Shown: one piece after another, positions 9,518 to 20,301 of the stretch
Layout: every line of letters starts with the position of its first letter
Numbering within the stretch: the stretch's first letter is position 1
Source of the DNA: Candidatus Oxydemutatoraceae bacterium
Lineage (GTDB): Bacteria > Pseudomonadota > Gammaproteobacteria > Poriferisulfidales > Oxydemutatoraceae
NCBI GenBank assembly: GCA_965212025.1
Contig: OZ243039.1
Coordinates: 879,216 to 943,215, forward strand
DNA length: 64,000 nucleotides
Reading direction: 5' to 3'
Program-made: the position numbers and the translations under genes
Notes under the pieces: generated by a model
The model's input: the letters and a program-made list of their open reading frames with translations, nothing else
Told to the model about the DNA's origin: nothing
Databases searched by the model: none

Positions 9518-11018
9518 GCGCACTTTGGATTCCCTGTTGGCTGGCATTGTCGACGTGGGCGAGCCTCATGCAAAAACTTTGGTACGGGGTCTTTCCTCCG
9601 ACTCTCGCAGATTACGCGCAGGCGATGTGTTTTTTGCCTGCAAGGGTGGGACTTTTCACGGCCTGGAATTTGCAGGGGAGGCGGTCGAAAAGGGTGCCAG
9701 CTGCGTGTTATGGGAACCTTCGGCGGAGGAACCTTACCGCTTGCCTGCAGGAGTTCCTGCCTTGGCGGTTCCGGGACTGCGGGCGCAAATTGGGGTGATT
9801 GCTGACCGGTTTTATGGCCGCCCTTCACGGGGTATCCCCGTCGTTGCGGTAACCGGAACCGACGGCAAGACTTCCGTTAGCCATTTCCTGGCAGAGTTCC
9901 TGGAGCATCTTGGCAAGAAGCACTGCGGCCTGATCGGCACGCTTGGCAGTGGCTTTATCGGGGCACTGGAGAGTACCGAAATGACCACTCCTGATACCAT
10001 TTTTCTGCACCGTCGTATCCGGGAACTGCGTGATTCCGGCGCCGTTTCTATCGTGATTGAGGCTTCATCCGAGGGCCTTTCGCAGCACCGGCTCGCCGGT
10101 TTGTCAGTCAATGTAGCGGTGTTGACCAATCTGGGACACGACCATCTGGATTATCACGGCTCGCATTCCTCGTACGCTGCCGCCAAGCGCAGCCTGTTTG
10201 AGCGTACTGATCTGGAAACAGCAGTGGTGAATGCTGATGACGCTTTTGGCAGGGAACTGGCAGAGCATTGCCAGCCGCGTTGCCGGGTGTTTCGCTATTC
10301 GGCGAAGGGTGCCGCCGACGCTGAGCTGTGCGCGGAAGAGATTGTCGCTGACAGCCATGGCCTTCGTTTTGACGTTCGTTACGGTGACCAAAGAGCCACG
10401 TTACGCAGCGTGTTGCTGGGGCAATTCAACGTATCGAACCTGCTTGCCGTTTTGAGCGTCCTGCTCACGACAGGCGAGGGGTCGCTTGCCAGGCTTGCGG
10501 CTTTGGCAAAAAAGATTCAGCCGCCCGCCGGTCGTATGCAGCGTTTTTCAGTGGCGAATACCCCTGTTGTCCTTCTCGATTATGCGCATACGCCGCAGGC
10601 CTTAAACGAAGCCCTGTTGAGTTGCCGAAAGATGACGGGCAAAAAGCTGCATTGTGTTTTTGGTTGTGGTGGTGAGCGGGATCGTGCCAAGCGACCGCTG
10701 ATGGGAGCCATTGCTTCGCGTTTGGCCGACTCGGTCATATTGACGGATGACAATCCACGCCGGGAGAATCCGGAAAAAATTTTGCAGGAAATTCTGGCGG
10801 GGGCGGCGGGAGCAGGGAAGTTCTCGCTTATTCACGATCGCCGTGCCGCGATCAGGCAACTTCTCAATTCTGCTTCAGTTGACGATTGCGTTCTGGTGGC
10901 TGGTAAGGGACACGAAACCTTTCAGGAAACCGCCGTGGGCAAGCAGCGATTTTCGGATGCCGAGGTGATTTCGGAATGCCTCTATGCCCGACGTAGGGAG
11001 CGGGAATGCACGGCTTGA
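9507..11018 (+). CDS. murE: UDP-N-acetylmuramoyl-L-alanyl-D-glutamate--2,6-diaminopimelate ligase
   Basis: The Mur ligase P-loop VTGTDGKTSV is present and the gene is in the MurE position of the cluster. Confidence 0.9.
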   Translation: MLAERTLDSLLAGIVDVGEPHAKTLVRGLSSDSRRLRAGDVFFACKGGTFHGLEFAGEAVEKGASCVLWEPSAEEPYRLPAGVPALAVPGLRAQIGVIADRFYGRPSRGIPVVAVTGTDGKTSVSHFLAEFLEHLGKKHCGLIGTLGSGFIGALESTEMTTPDTIFLHRRIRELRDSGAVSIVIEASSEGLSQHRLAGLSVNVAVLTNLGHDHLDYHGSHSSYAAAKRSLFERTDLETAVVNADDAFGRELAEHCQPRCRVFRYSAKGAADAELCAEEIVADSHGLRFDVRYGDQRATLRSVLLGQFNVSNLLAVLSVLLTTGEGSLARLAALAKKIQPPAGRMQRFSVANTPVVLLDYAHTPQALNEALLSCRKMTGKKLHCVFGCGGERDRAKRPLMGAIASRLADSVILTDDNPRRENPEKILQEILAGAAGAGKFSLIHDRRAAIRQLLNSASVDDCVLVAGKGHETFQETAVGKQRFSDAEVISECLYARRRERECTA

Positions 11019-12361
11019 GTCTGGAGGAAATCAGGATCATCTGTGGTGGGGTGATGTTAGGTGCCAATTGTTTTCCGGACAAGGTCAGCATTGACAGCAG
11101 AACCGTGCAGAAGGGGGAACTGTTTGTGGCTCTGAAGGGTTCGAATTTTGATGGCCACGACTACGTGGCCGATTGTGCCGCCAGAGGGTGCTGTGCTGCC
11201 ATGGTCAGTCGACCCTGCGCCGTTGCTTTGCCTATGGTTTTGGTGCCCGACACGCTAAGCGCTTTGGGGAAATTGGCCGCGGCATGGCGTGAGCGTTTTG
11301 CTTTGAAAGTTCTGGCTTTGACCGGCAGCAACGGGAAAACGACGACCAAAGAAATGCTTGCTTCCATACTGCGCGTTCTGGGCAATGTCTTGGCGAATCA
11401 CGGAAATTTTAACAACCATATCGGAGTGCCTTTGACCTTGTTGGGTCTGCGTGAAAAACACCGTTTTGCAGTGATTGAAATGGGAGCCAGCCGGCGTGGT
11501 GACATTCGTGAGCTGTGTGCTTTGGCAAAGCCTGAGGCGAGCTTGGTTACCAATGTAGCTCCGGCACACCTGCTTGAATTTGGCACTTTGGAAGGTGTGG
11601 CAGCGGGCAAGGGTGAGATTTTTGAAAGTTTGCCCGATAACGGAGTCGGAGCGATCAATCGTGACGACCGCTTCTATTCTTTTTGGCAACAGCTACTGGG
11701 CAAGCGCCGCCGGATTACTTTTTCGATAAAGCAGGAGGCAGAGCTCAGAGCAGACACGACAGCGTTCAGGGAAAGCGGAAATTTTTATTTGACAATTGGA
11801 AAAGAAAAACGCGCGGTTCGCCTGCAATTGAAAGGAGAGCACAACGTGCAAAACGCTTTGGCGGCATCCGCGCTTGGGCACGCGGCGGGTGCAGACATTG
11901 ACGCGATTGTCCAAGGGCTGGAAGCGACGGTTCCACTGCCGAGTCGTCTGTTTTTTCTTTCCGGGCCTCGGGGCATGAAGCTGATTGATGACAGCTACAA
12001 CGCCAACCCAGGTTCCCTGCTCGCGGGCTTGCAGGTTCTGGGCGAATGCGAAGGAGAACGCTGGCTGGCGTTGGCAGATATGGTGGAGCTTGGCGATGCC
12101 ACCGACTACTGGCATGAGCAGTGCGGTCACGAAGCGAAGCGATATCAGGTAAAGCGTCTGTTCGCCTGTGGCAGTCATGCGCAAAAAGCCGCTCACAGTT
12201 TTGGACAGGGAGGCGAGTGTTTCAGTTCCTTTGCGGACATGTCCAAAGCCATGAAAGCACTGGCACACCCGGGCGTGACTTTGCTGGTGAAGGGATCGCG
12301 CAGCTCCCATGCCGAGGAATTGATTGCCGAGCTGACGCGTGGAGGGACTGTAAGATGCTGA
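11006..12361 (+). CDS. murF: UDP-N-acetylmuramoyl-tripeptide--D-alanyl-D-alanine ligase
   Basis: The Mur ligase motif [13 protein letters not shown] is present and the gene is in the MurF position. Confidence 0.9.
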   Translation: MHGLSLEEIRIICGGVMLGANCFPDKVSIDSRTVQKGELFVALKGSNFDGHDYVADCAARGCCAAMVSRPCAVALPMVLVPDTLSALGKLAAAWRERFALKVLALTGSNGKTTTKEMLASILRVLGNVLANHGNFNNHIGVPLTLLGLREKHRFAVIEMGASRRGDIRELCALAKPEASLVTNVAPAHLLEFGTLEGVAAGKGEIFESLPDNGVGAINRDDRFYSFWQQLLGKRRRITFSIKQEAELRADTTAFRESGNFYLTIGKEKRAVRLQLKGEHNVQNALAASALGHAAGADIDAIVQGLEATVPLPSRLFFLSGPRGMKLIDDSYNANPGSLLAGLQVLGECEGERWLALADMVELGDATDYWHEQCGHEAKRYQVKRLFACGSHAQKAAHSFGQGGECFSSFADMSKAMKALAHPGVTLLVKGSRSSHAEELIAELTRGGTVRC

Positions 12362-13437
12362 TAGTTCTGGCCGATTACCTCACGCAATTTCACGATGGAT
12401 TTCAAGTCTTCCAGTACATCACTTTGCGCGCCGTGCTAAGCGTCCTGACTGCCTTGTCGCTGAGCTTTGTTTTTGGCCCCAAATTGATCGCTTCCCTGAA
12501 TCGGCACAAAGCCGGACAAAACATCCGGACAGATGGACCGCCAAGCCATTACTACAAGCAGGGGGTTCCGACCATGGGCGGCGGGCTGATTATTTTTTCT
12601 GTGGTGGTCAGCACTTTCCTGTGGGCCGATCTGGGCAATCGCTACGTGTTGATCGTGCTTTTTTCCATGCTGGCCTTTGCCGTGATTGGCGGGGTGGACG
12701 ACATCACCAAATTGCGCTCCGGGCAAAGCCAGGGCTTGCGTGCCAGAGAAAAATTCGCGATGCAGGTGGTCGCCGGAGTCGTCGTGAGTCTGCTGATCTA
12801 CAGCACCACAGAGCTGCCAGTGGAAACCCAGCTGATTGTGCCTTTCTTCAAAGAACTTGTCCTCTCGATGGGTGCTTACTTCCTGGTGCTGACTTTTCTG
12901 GTTATTGTGGGATCCAGTAATGCGATGAATCTCAGTGACGGTCTGGATGGTCTTGCCGTCATGCCGACCGTGATGATTGCGGGTGGGCTGGCAGTCTTTG
13001 CTTATGCCAGTGGTCACATCACTTTCTCACAATATCTGGGAATTCCCAACTTGCCACTGGCTGGAGAGCTGGCGATTCTTTGTGGAGCCATCATTGGTTC
13101 CGGTCTGGGCTTTTTATGGTTTAACGCCTACCCGGCACAAATGTTCATGGGGGACTTGGGTTCTTTGGCGTTGGGGGCGGCGTTGGGAACGATTGCCGTG
13201 CTGGTTCGCCAGGAAATCGTTTTTTTGATCATGGGCGGTGTGCTGGTGGCGGAAACGCTGTCTGTCTTCGTGCAAGTCGGCTATTTCAAGCTGACCGGGC
13301 GGCGTGTTTTTCTGATGGCGCCCTTACACCATCACTTGGAATTGCTGGGTTGGCCCGAGCCACGCGTCATTGTGCGCTTTTGGATTATCACGCTGATTCT
13401 GGTGCTGATAGGGCTATCCACTTTGAAAATCCGGTAG
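12355..13437 (+). CDS. mraY: Phospho-N-acetylmuramoyl-pentapeptide-transferase
   Basis: The N-terminus [27 protein letters not shown] is MraY-like and the protein is a multi-TM membrane protein. The start overlaps the murF stop (ATGCTGA). The 5' extension of the tracked ORF was rejected. Confidence 0.9.
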   Translation: MLIVLADYLTQFHDGFQVFQYITLRAVLSVLTALSLSFVFGPKLIASLNRHKAGQNIRTDGPPSHYYKQGVPTMGGGLIIFSVVVSTFLWADLGNRYVLIVLFSMLAFAVIGGVDDITKLRSGQSQGLRAREKFAMQVVAGVVVSLLIYSTTELPVETQLIVPFFKELVLSMGAYFLVLTFLVIVGSSNAMNLSDGLDGLAVMPTVMIAGGLAVFAYASGHITFSQYLGIPNLPLAGELAILCGAIIGSGLGFLWFNAYPAQMFMGDLGSLALGAALGTIAVLVRQEIVFLIMGGVLVAETLSVFVQVGYFKLTGRRVFLMAPLHHHLELLGWPEPRVIVRFWIITLILVLIGLSTLKIR

Positions 13438-13442
13438 CTGGG

Positions 13443-14810
13443 ATGGTACTGGACAACGGTTACTCGGTGGTTGTTGGGCTCGGCAAAACCGGCCTCTCGG
13501 TCGCGCACTACCTGTTGCGAAACGGGCGGAATTTCGTGGTCATGGACAGCCGTCCAAAGCCGCCTGAACGAGAGGCTTTGAAGCGGCATGCCCCGCAGTT
13601 AAAGGTTGGGCCTTTGGATGAGCAGCTTTTGCGCGGCTCCGATGAAATTATTTTAAGTCCCGGCATGCCACTGTCACACCCTGCGATCGCCGAGGCTTCG
13701 CGTTCCGGAGTGCCGATTATCGGAGACGTGGAACTTTTTGCCCGCGCGATTCATGCCGGACAAAAAGTCGCCGCGATTACCGGCACCAATGGCAAAAGTA
13801 CGGTTTCCCATTTGCTGAACAATATGGCAAGAAACTGTGGTCTGAAAGTTGCGCTCGGTGGCAATGTCGGAACCCCCGTTCTGGACTTGCTTGCCCAACC
13901 CGGTCCGGAACTGTACGTGTTGGAACTGTCGAGTTTTCAGTTGGAAAGTACGCATTCCCTGCGCGCCACAGTGGCGGCAATTTTGAATGTTGCTGAGGAT
14001 CACCTGGACCGTCACCGGAATCTGGATGCCTACGCAAATGCCAAAGCGCGCATTCTCGATGGCTGCGAGTCGGCGGTTATCGGGCGAAGTTGCGTAGAAA
14101 GATTCGCGTCCCGTACACCCGGGAAAACGGTGACTTTTGGTGAAGATGAGCCGGGTGAAGGGCATTTCGGCCTGCTAGAAACGGAGAATGGTCGGGAAAT
14201 CTTCCGTGGAAACACACGGCTGGTTGCGGGTTCTGAGCTTGCCGGATTGCCGGGAATGGACGGCTTGCAAAACGCGCAAGCGGCACTGGCACTCGGGGAG
14301 GCATTTGGCCTCCCCTATCCTGGCATGCTGGAGGCACTCGCCGCTTTCCGGGGTTTGCCACACCGCTTCCGCGAAATTGGAACTTTAGGTGGTGTGATCT
14401 GGATTGACGATTCCAAGGCCACCAATGTTGCTGCCGCCACTGCTTCTTTACGGCGTGTGAAGGGTCACTGTGTATGGATTGCCGGCGGTGATGGTAAAGG
14501 AGCTGATTTCAGCCCCCTGGCTGCGGCGGCAAAGCAATGGGCGCACAGTGCCCTGCTGCTAGGTCGTGACGCACGGCAAATCGCAAAAGTGATCGGCAAC
14601 GCGATTCCGGTTCATCTCTGTGACGATTTGGGTGAAGCCGTCAGATGCGCCGCAGGGCTTGCGCGGGAAGGAGGTTGCGTGTTGCTGGCGCCGGGGTGTG
14701 CCAGCCTGGATATGTTTGAAAACTATGCCGACCGTGGCCGATGTTTTGCCAAAGCTTTCGAGTCTCTTCGCCAGGAACATTTTGCCAAAAGTGAAAATGA
14801 TGCAGCTTAA
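13443..14810 (+). CDS. murD: UDP-N-acetylmuramoylalanine--D-glutamate ligase
   Basis: The N-terminus MVLDNGYSVVVGLGKTGLS is MurD-like and the Mur ligase motif ITGTNGKSTV is present. Confidence 0.9.
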   Translation: MVLDNGYSVVVGLGKTGLSVAHYLLRNGRNFVVMDSRPKPPEREALKRHAPQLKVGPLDEQLLRGSDEIILSPGMPLSHPAIAEASRSGVPIIGDVELFARAIHAGQKVAAITGTNGKSTVSHLLNNMARNCGLKVALGGNVGTPVLDLLAQPGPELYVLELSSFQLESTHSLRATVAAILNVAEDHLDRHRNLDAYANAKARILDGCESAVIGRSCVERFASRTPGKTVTFGEDEPGEGHFGLLETENGREIFRGNTRLVAGSELAGLPGMDGLQNAQAALALGEAFGLPYPGMLEALAAFRGLPHRFREIGTLGGVIWIDDSKATNVAAATASLRRVKGHCVWIAGGDGKGADFSPLAAAAKQWAHSALLLGRDARQIAKVIGNAIPVHLCDDLGEAVRCAAGLAREGGCVLLAPGCASLDMFENYADRGRCFAKAFESLRQEHFAKSENDAA

Positions 14811-15972
14811 AAGGCATTCGTTTGCATTGGATTTGCCACTGTTGTGGGTGACTGCGGTTTTGCTGGTTTTTGGGTTGCTCATGCTGCTTTCGACCTCAAT
14901 GTTTCCGTCGGAGACCAGTCTTGATTTCGGCAGCCCCTGGACTCTGTTTTTCCGGCAGCTGATGTTTTTGGGTCTTGCCTTGGTCTTGTCTGTTCTGTTG
15001 TTTTACGTGGCGGCAAGCCATAGGGCTTTTTCTCTGTTGCTGGGACACAGCTTCTTTTTGCTGGCCTTTTGCTGTGGGCTGTTGGCTATGACCTTGAGCG
15101 AACGTTTCGGGTACGAGGAAGTGAACGGGAGCACGCGTTGGCTGGATTTGGGTATTTTTCTCGTACAGCCGAGCGAGATTCTAAAATTGGTGCTGGTCAT
15201 TTACCTGACCTACTGCCTGACTGCCGGGAACCAGAATTATCGAAGCAGCGTACTTGCCACGCTGTGCTTGCTTGCCCCTCTCGTGGTTCTGGCGTCTTTT
15301 TTGGCGTTCCAGCCAGATTTCGGAAGCATCGTGGTGTTGTTTGCAGTGGCTTTGGGAATGTTGTTTGTTTCTGGCATCAAGTTGCGCGTGCTAGGTGTCA
15401 TCGCCGTGCTGGTCATAGTGCCTTTGGGAATTTTGCTGGTGACGTCTGAATATCGCCTCGAACGCGTTCTGACTTTTTTGGATCCCTGGCAGGATCGTTG
15501 GGACACTGGCTACCAGCTGGTTCAATCCATGATCGCTGTAGGCAGTGGCTCGTGGTTTGGGGTGGGCTTGGATGGGAGCATGATGAAATTGGGCTATCTT
15601 CCCCAGGCTCACACCGACTTCGTGTTCCCTGTCATTGCTGAGGAATTGGGCTTCTTTGGGGTGCTGACCGTTGTGGTGCTCTTTTTTCTGCTCGTGGTTC
15701 GCTGCCTTCAAATTGCCCGCCGGGCAGAAGAAACGGGATTTATGACAGGAGGGATCTTTTGCCATGGGGTCGGGATTTGGTTGGGGTTGCAGACCTTTAT
15801 CAATATGGCAATGACGGTAGGCATTCTGCCGACTAAAGGAATCACTTTGCCGCTGTTCAGTTTTGGGGGCAGCAGCATGGTGGTGACCTTGATGTCATTG
15901 GCGCTGGTGCATTGGGTACACCATGAAACGTGTCGGCGTGGCAAGGCGATGGCTCCCTACAGAGCGAGATGA
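14797..15972 (+). CDS. ftsW: Peptidoglycan glycosyltransferase FtsW (SEDS family)
   Basis: The protein is a multi-TM SEDS-family member in the FtsW position. The start MMQLKR overlaps the murD stop. Confidence 0.9.
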   Translation: MMQLKRHSFALDLPLLWVTAVLLVFGLLMLLSTSMFPSETSLDFGSPWTLFFRQLMFLGLALVLSVLLFYVAASHRAFSLLLGHSFFLLAFCCGLLAMTLSERFGYEEVNGSTRWLDLGIFLVQPSEILKLVLVIYLTYCLTAGNQNYRSSVLATLCLLAPLVVLASFLAFQPDFGSIVVLFAVALGMLFVSGIKLRVLGVIAVLVIVPLGILLVTSEYRLERVLTFLDPWQDRWDTGYQLVQSMIAVGSGSWFGVGLDGSMMKLGYLPQAHTDFVFPVIAEELGFFGVLTVVVLFFLLVVRCLQIARRAEETGFMTGGIFCHGVGIWLGLQTFINMAMTVGILPTKGITLPLFSFGGSSMVVTLMSLALVHWVHHETCRRGKAMAPYRAR

Positions 15973-15979
15973 GCTCCTG

Positions 15980-17068
15980 ATGACGAAAGCACGAAAGCCG
16001 GTGGTGGTGATGATGGGTGGAGGAACAGGCGGACACGTTTTCCCTGGGCTGGCCGTGGCCGAGGATTTACGTGAGCAACAGGTAGAAGTGATCTGGTGGG
16101 GAACGCGTAAAGGTTTGGAGTCGCAAATTGTTCCAGGGGCAGGTTTCAAACTTCAAATTTTGCCGGCTGCCGGTGTTCGGGGAAAAAAGCTGAAAATTGT
16201 CGTGAAAGCCTGTTTTTCTTTATTGCTGGCTTTTTTCAAGGCACTTCGCATGCTGCTCAAACAGCGCCCGGACGTTGTTGTCGGGATGGGTGGCTATGTC
16301 GCTGTGCCGGGTGCGCTTGCCGCTGTGCTGTGTCGGACCCCTTTGCTGATCCACGAACAAAACGTAGTGCCTGGTCTGGCCAGCCGTGTGCTTGCGCCGT
16401 TTTGCAAAACAGTTTTAACCGGTTTCCCAACGCGCTCGCTCGGTACAGATGCACGTTGGGTGGGAACCCCCGTCCGTAGAGACATTTTGCGCTCACCGGC
16501 TCGCCGCAAACCATCACAAAACACCGCTGCCCCGCTGCGCGTGCTCGTCATAGGCGGCAGTCAGGGAGCAGAAGTGTTCAACCGGCTTGTGCCGGAAACA
16601 GTCGCTTTTATTGCTGCCGAGCATCGGCCTCAGGTATTGGTACAGACCGGAGCTGTAGAGCAGGAAAAAGTCAGAAAGCGAGCCCATGAGCTGAATGTGC
16701 CTTTGAAGCCGGTTGCTTTCATAAAAGACATGGTTGCCGTATACGCTTGGGCGGACGTGTTGTTATGTCGGGCAGGGGCTTCCACCATTGCGGAAATTTG
16801 CGCGGTTGGGATTGCCTCAGTGCTGGTTCCTCACCCCCATGTTGTGGATGACCACCAGACGGAGAATGCGCGCTATTTGGCGTCCCGTGGTGCGGCGGTG
16901 CTGTTGCCTCAGGGACACTTGTCCGTCGCGGATTTGGCCGAAAGACTCATGCTTTTTCATTTCGACCGTGAGAGATTGGCGCGTATGGCGGCGCAAGCGC
17001 GCGCCTTGGCGTGCCCGCGTGCCGCTGTGGAGATTTCCGCGGCAGTGCGTAGGTTGATTCGCCCGTGA
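15980..17068 (+). CDS. murG: UDP-N-acetylglucosamine--N-acetylmuramyl-(pentapeptide) pyrophosphoryl-undecaprenol N-acetylglucosamine transferase
   Basis: MMGGGTGGHVFPGLAVAE is the MurG G-loop and the glycosyltransferase-28 layout follows. Confidence 0.9.
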   Translation: MTKARKPVVVMMGGGTGGHVFPGLAVAEDLREQQVEVIWWGTRKGLESQIVPGAGFKLQILPAAGVRGKKLKIVVKACFSLLLAFFKALRMLLKQRPDVVVGMGGYVAVPGALAAVLCRTPLLIHEQNVVPGLASRVLAPFCKTVLTGFPTRSLGTDARWVGTPVRRDILRSPARRKPSQNTAAPLRVLVIGGSQGAEVFNRLVPETVAFIAAEHRPQVLVQTGAVEQEKVRKRAHELNVPLKPVAFIKDMVAVYAWADVLLCRAGASTIAEICAVGIASVLVPHPHVVDDHQTENARYLASRGAAVLLPQGHLSVADLAERLMLFHFDRERLARMAAQARALACPRAAVEISAAVRRLIRP

Positions 17069-18486
17069 AGTTTGGCTTGCAGTCGCGGCTGGTTCGTGAA
17101 CTCGGATCCGTGCATTTTGTCGGCATCGGCGGCGTGGGAATGAGCGGTATTGCCGAAATTATGGTGAAGCTCGGCTGGCAGGTACAAGGTTCCGACCTGG
17201 TTGAAAGCGCCGCTACCCACCGCTTGCGCATGCTGCAAGTCAAAGTGTTTATCGGGCATCAGGCCGAAAACGTCATTGGTTGTGCGGTACTGGTGATTTC
17301 TTCTGCGATTCCCGACACGAATGTGGAAATACGGGAAGCACAAAAGCGGCGCGTGCCAGTCATCAAACGTGCGGAAATGCTGGCAGAGATTATGCGCTTG
17401 CGTTATGGCATCGCAGTTGCCGGAACGCACGGAAAAACGACTACGACCAGCTTGATATCAGCTGTTCTTTACGAGGCTGGTCTGGATCCCACATACGTGG
17501 CCGGGGGACGAATTGAGCATCTTGGCACCAACGCCAGTATTGGTGAGAGCGAGTATCTGGTAGTGGAAGCGGATGAAAGCGATGCGTCTTTTTTACATCT
17601 GCATCCGATGCTCTCCGTGGTCACCAACATAGACGATGATCATTTGGATCATTATGAGAACGACCCGGAGCGGCTGCGAAACGCGTTTGAGATTTTTCTG
17701 AATAACCTTCCTTTTTACGGGATGGCGGCAATTTTCGGCGATGACGAAGGCCTGATGGAGTTGAGAAACCGGGTTGCCCGGCGTTTTGTGACTTACGGGT
17801 TCAACGCCGGCAATGATTTGCGTGCCCGACAGATCGCTCCTTCCGGAATGCGCATGCAGTGCCTGATCGATTTGCCGTGGCGCGAGAATCCCCTGAAACT
17901 GTCACTGAACCTTGGCGGCTCCCACAATGTTCTAAATGCTTTGGCGACGTTTGCGACTTGCCATGAGCTTGGGGTTTCAGACGATGACATCGTAGGGGTG
18001 CTGGAAACTTTTCAGGGGATCTCCCGCCGCTTCCAGAGATACGGAAACTTTTTCTGCGCTGGTAAACAGGGCGAACTCGTCGATGACTACGCCCATCACC
18101 CGACCGAAATCGTCATGACATTGCAGGCGGCCAGAGGGATTTGGCCTGAACGGCGCATCATTCTGGTTTTTCAGCCGCACCGTTATACGCGAACCGCCTT
18201 GTTGCTCGATAAATTTGTGAAAGTGCTGGCAAAAGCTGATGTGCTGTTGCTGTTGCCAGTGTACCCGGCGGGAGAAGCGCCTTTGCCCGGGGCGGACAGC
18301 GCAGCCTTGCAAAGAGGCCTGCAGGAAACCGGGTTTTCACAGACACGACTCGTCGGTGGTCTTGATGAGGTCCCGGAAGTGTTGGGAGATGTGCTCCGGG
18401 ATGGTGACATAGTGCTGACCATGGGAGCGGGAACGGTTGCTTCGCTGCCACGCAGAATCATGGCTGGTGGCAGAGCAGGAGCATGA
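17065..18486 (+). CDS. murC: UDP-N-acetylmuramate--L-alanine ligase
   Basis: VAGTHGKTTTTSL is the Mur ligase motif. The start is GTG, overlapping the murG stop. Confidence 0.9.
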   Translation: MKFGLQSRLVRELGSVHFVGIGGVGMSGIAEIMVKLGWQVQGSDLVESAATHRLRMLQVKVFIGHQAENVIGCAVLVISSAIPDTNVEIREAQKRRVPVIKRAEMLAEIMRLRYGIAVAGTHGKTTTTSLISAVLYEAGLDPTYVAGGRIEHLGTNASIGESEYLVVEADESDASFLHLHPMLSVVTNIDDDHLDHYENDPERLRNAFEIFLNNLPFYGMAAIFGDDEGLMELRNRVARRFVTYGFNAGNDLRARQIAPSGMRMQCLIDLPWRENPLKLSLNLGGSHNVLNALATFATCHELGVSDDDIVGVLETFQGISRRFQRYGNFFCAGKQGELVDDYAHHPTEIVMTLQAARGIWPERRIILVFQPHRYTRTALLLDKFVKVLAKADVLLLLPVYPAGEAPLPGADSAALQRGLQETGFSQTRLVGGLDEVPEVLGDVLRDGDIVLTMGAGTVASLPRRIMAGGRAGA

Positions 18487-19373
18487 CCCGGATGCCTGTA
18501 GGTGATTGCCAGCTCTGGGGAAAGATGTATTACGACCGCGATTTGTCCGAGCTGAACACCTGGCGGGTTGGTGGTCCTGGTGAATATTTTTATTGTCCCC
18601 GAGACACTGCAGACCTGTCCTGTTTTTTGCGGCATTGCCGGTCGGTTATCCGGGTGTTTTTTCTCGGTCGCGGCAGTAATGTTTTGATCCCGGACGCTGG
18701 CATTCGTGGCTGCGTGGTCGGGCTCACCAAAACGCTGAACAAGCTTGAGCATGAAGGTGAAACCGTTCGGGCTGAAGCGGGGGTCAGCTGTAGAGGGCTG
18801 GTGCGCTACTGTGCAGCGAATGGGTTGGGAGGACTGGAGTTTCTGGTTGGCATACCGGGAAGCATAGGTGGGGCTTTGGCAATGAACGCAGGCGCGTTGG
18901 GCAATCAAATCTGGAGTTTGGTTCGCGGGGTGACCACCATCGACCGCCAAGGTCAGGTGCATGAGCGTTTGGCGACGGATTTTAGCTATGGCTACCGGAC
19001 TGTAAACGGACCGGAAGGGTGGTTTCTTGCCGCCGAGTTTGGGATGCAGCGTTGTGACCCCAAGGAATCGCGGGAGCAGGTGCGGGAAATACTCAGGGAA
19101 CGAAAAGCCACGCAGCCGGTGAACACCTTTTCCTGTGGCAGCGTTTTCAAAAACCCGAGCATGGGTTTTGCCGCCTCTTTGATCGAAGAATGCGGGCAGA
19201 AGGGACGTCGTGTGGGAGATGCCGAAGTTTCCCGTCAACACGCGAATTTTATTATCAACCATGGCCAGGCGACCGCCAGCGACATCCGCACGCTGATTCT
19301 GGAAGTACAGCATGCGGTGCAGGAGAAAATGGCTGTGTTGCTGGAACCGGAAGTCATCATTCTTGAAGCGTGA
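18483..19373 (+). CDS. murB: UDP-N-acetylenolpyruvoylglucosamine reductase
   Basis: The protein has an FAD-binding MurB layout and sits in the MurB position. Confidence 0.85.
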   Translation: MTRMPVGDCQLWGKMYYDRDLSELNTWRVGGPGEYFYCPRDTADLSCFLRHCRSVIRVFFLGRGSNVLIPDAGIRGCVVGLTKTLNKLEHEGETVRAEAGVSCRGLVRYCAANGLGGLEFLVGIPGSIGGALAMNAGALGNQIWSLVRGVTTIDRQGQVHERLATDFSYGYRTVNGPEGWFLAAEFGMQRCDPKESREQVREILRERKATQPVNTFSCGSVFKNPSMGFAASLIEECGQKGRRVGDAEVSRQHANFIINHGQATASDIRTLILEVQHAVQEKMAVLLEPEVIILEA

Positions 19374-19380
19374 GGCGGGC

Positions 19381-20301
19381 GTGAAGGATTTTGGCAAAGT
19401 GGCGGTGCTGATGGGGGGATGGTCGCCAGAGCGTGAGATTTCATTGATTGGAGGAACGGCAGTCCTGCGCGCCTTGCAGGATTCGGGCGTAGATGCGAGT
19501 GGTCTGGATTTGCAAAAACCCGGGCGCGATTTGTTGGCAGGTGCCACTTTCGAACGTGCTTTCATCATGTTGCACGGTCGTGGTGGGGAAGATGGCACTT
19601 TGCAGGGCATGATGGAAATGCAAGGTCTTCCGTATACCGGTAGCGGTGTGGCGGTTTCGGCGCTGTGCATGGACAAACTGTTTTGCAAGAAGGTGTGGCG
19701 TGGGGACGGCTTGCCAACTCCGGACTTTGTGGAAATTCAAGCGGGTGGGGCGGGGCTCGGGTCACTCATTGCCAGGCTTGGGTTCCCGCTTGCGCTCAAA
19801 CCGGTTTCTGATGGTTCCAGCCTGGGAGTGCATAAGGTGGATGATGAGGCGACCCTGACAGACACGCTGGCAGATATGGAAACGACCCGGCGTTCGATGT
19901 TCGCGGAACAGTGGATTGACGGTGAGGAATATACCGTTGGCTTTATTGGGGACACCTTGCTCCCCCCCGTTCGTATCCGAACGAAGCGCACTTTTTATGA
20001 TTTTACGGCCAAGTACGAGGACGACAGCACCAGCTTTGACTGTCCTGGGGGTCTGGGTGAAGGAGAAATCACCAACCTTCATGAATTGTGTGCCCATGCG
20101 TGCCGTGCCGTGCACGCTGAGCACTGGGGCAGGATTGATTTGATGCGGGACGGGCAGGATGGATGGTGGCTGATCGAAATAAATACGGTGCCGGGCATGA
20201 CGAGTCATAGCCTCGTGCCAATGGCTGCCAAAGTGGCCGGTAAAAGTTTTTCTGAACTGGTGCTGGACATTCTTGCGACCAGCGACCGGGACAAACACTG
20301 A
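19381..20301 (+). CDS. ddl: D-alanine--D-alanine ligase
   Basis: KVAVLMGGWSPEREISLIGG is a Ddl N-terminal motif and the ATP-grasp C-terminus follows. A GTG start at 19381 is chosen over the ATG at 19312, which lies inside murB. Confidence 0.85.
   Translation: MKDFGKVAVLMGGWSPEREISLIGGTAVLRALQDSGVDASGLDLQKPGRDLLAGATFERAFIMLHGRGGEDGTLQGMMEMQGLPYTGSGVAVSALCMDKLFCKKVWRGDGLPTPDFVEIQAGGAGLGSLIARLGFPLALKPVSDGSSLGVHKVDDEATLTDTLADMETTRRSMFAEQWIDGEEYTVGFIGDTLLPPVRIRTKRTFYDFTAKYEDDSTSFDCPGGLGEGEITNLHELCAHACRAVHAEHWGRIDLMRDGQDGWWLIEINTVPGMTSHSLVPMAAKVAGKSFSELVLDILATSDRDKH

Noticed and set aside
12121-12354. 5' extension of mraY (the tracked ORF starts at 12121); likewise the 5' extensions of murD (13350), ftsW (14620), murG (15923), ftsZ (22217), pth (49826) and the ABC ATPase (42503)
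   Set aside because: The extensions overlap the preceding gene in another frame. Conserved N-termini and coupling-type overlaps place the true starts at the internal codons listed in the features.
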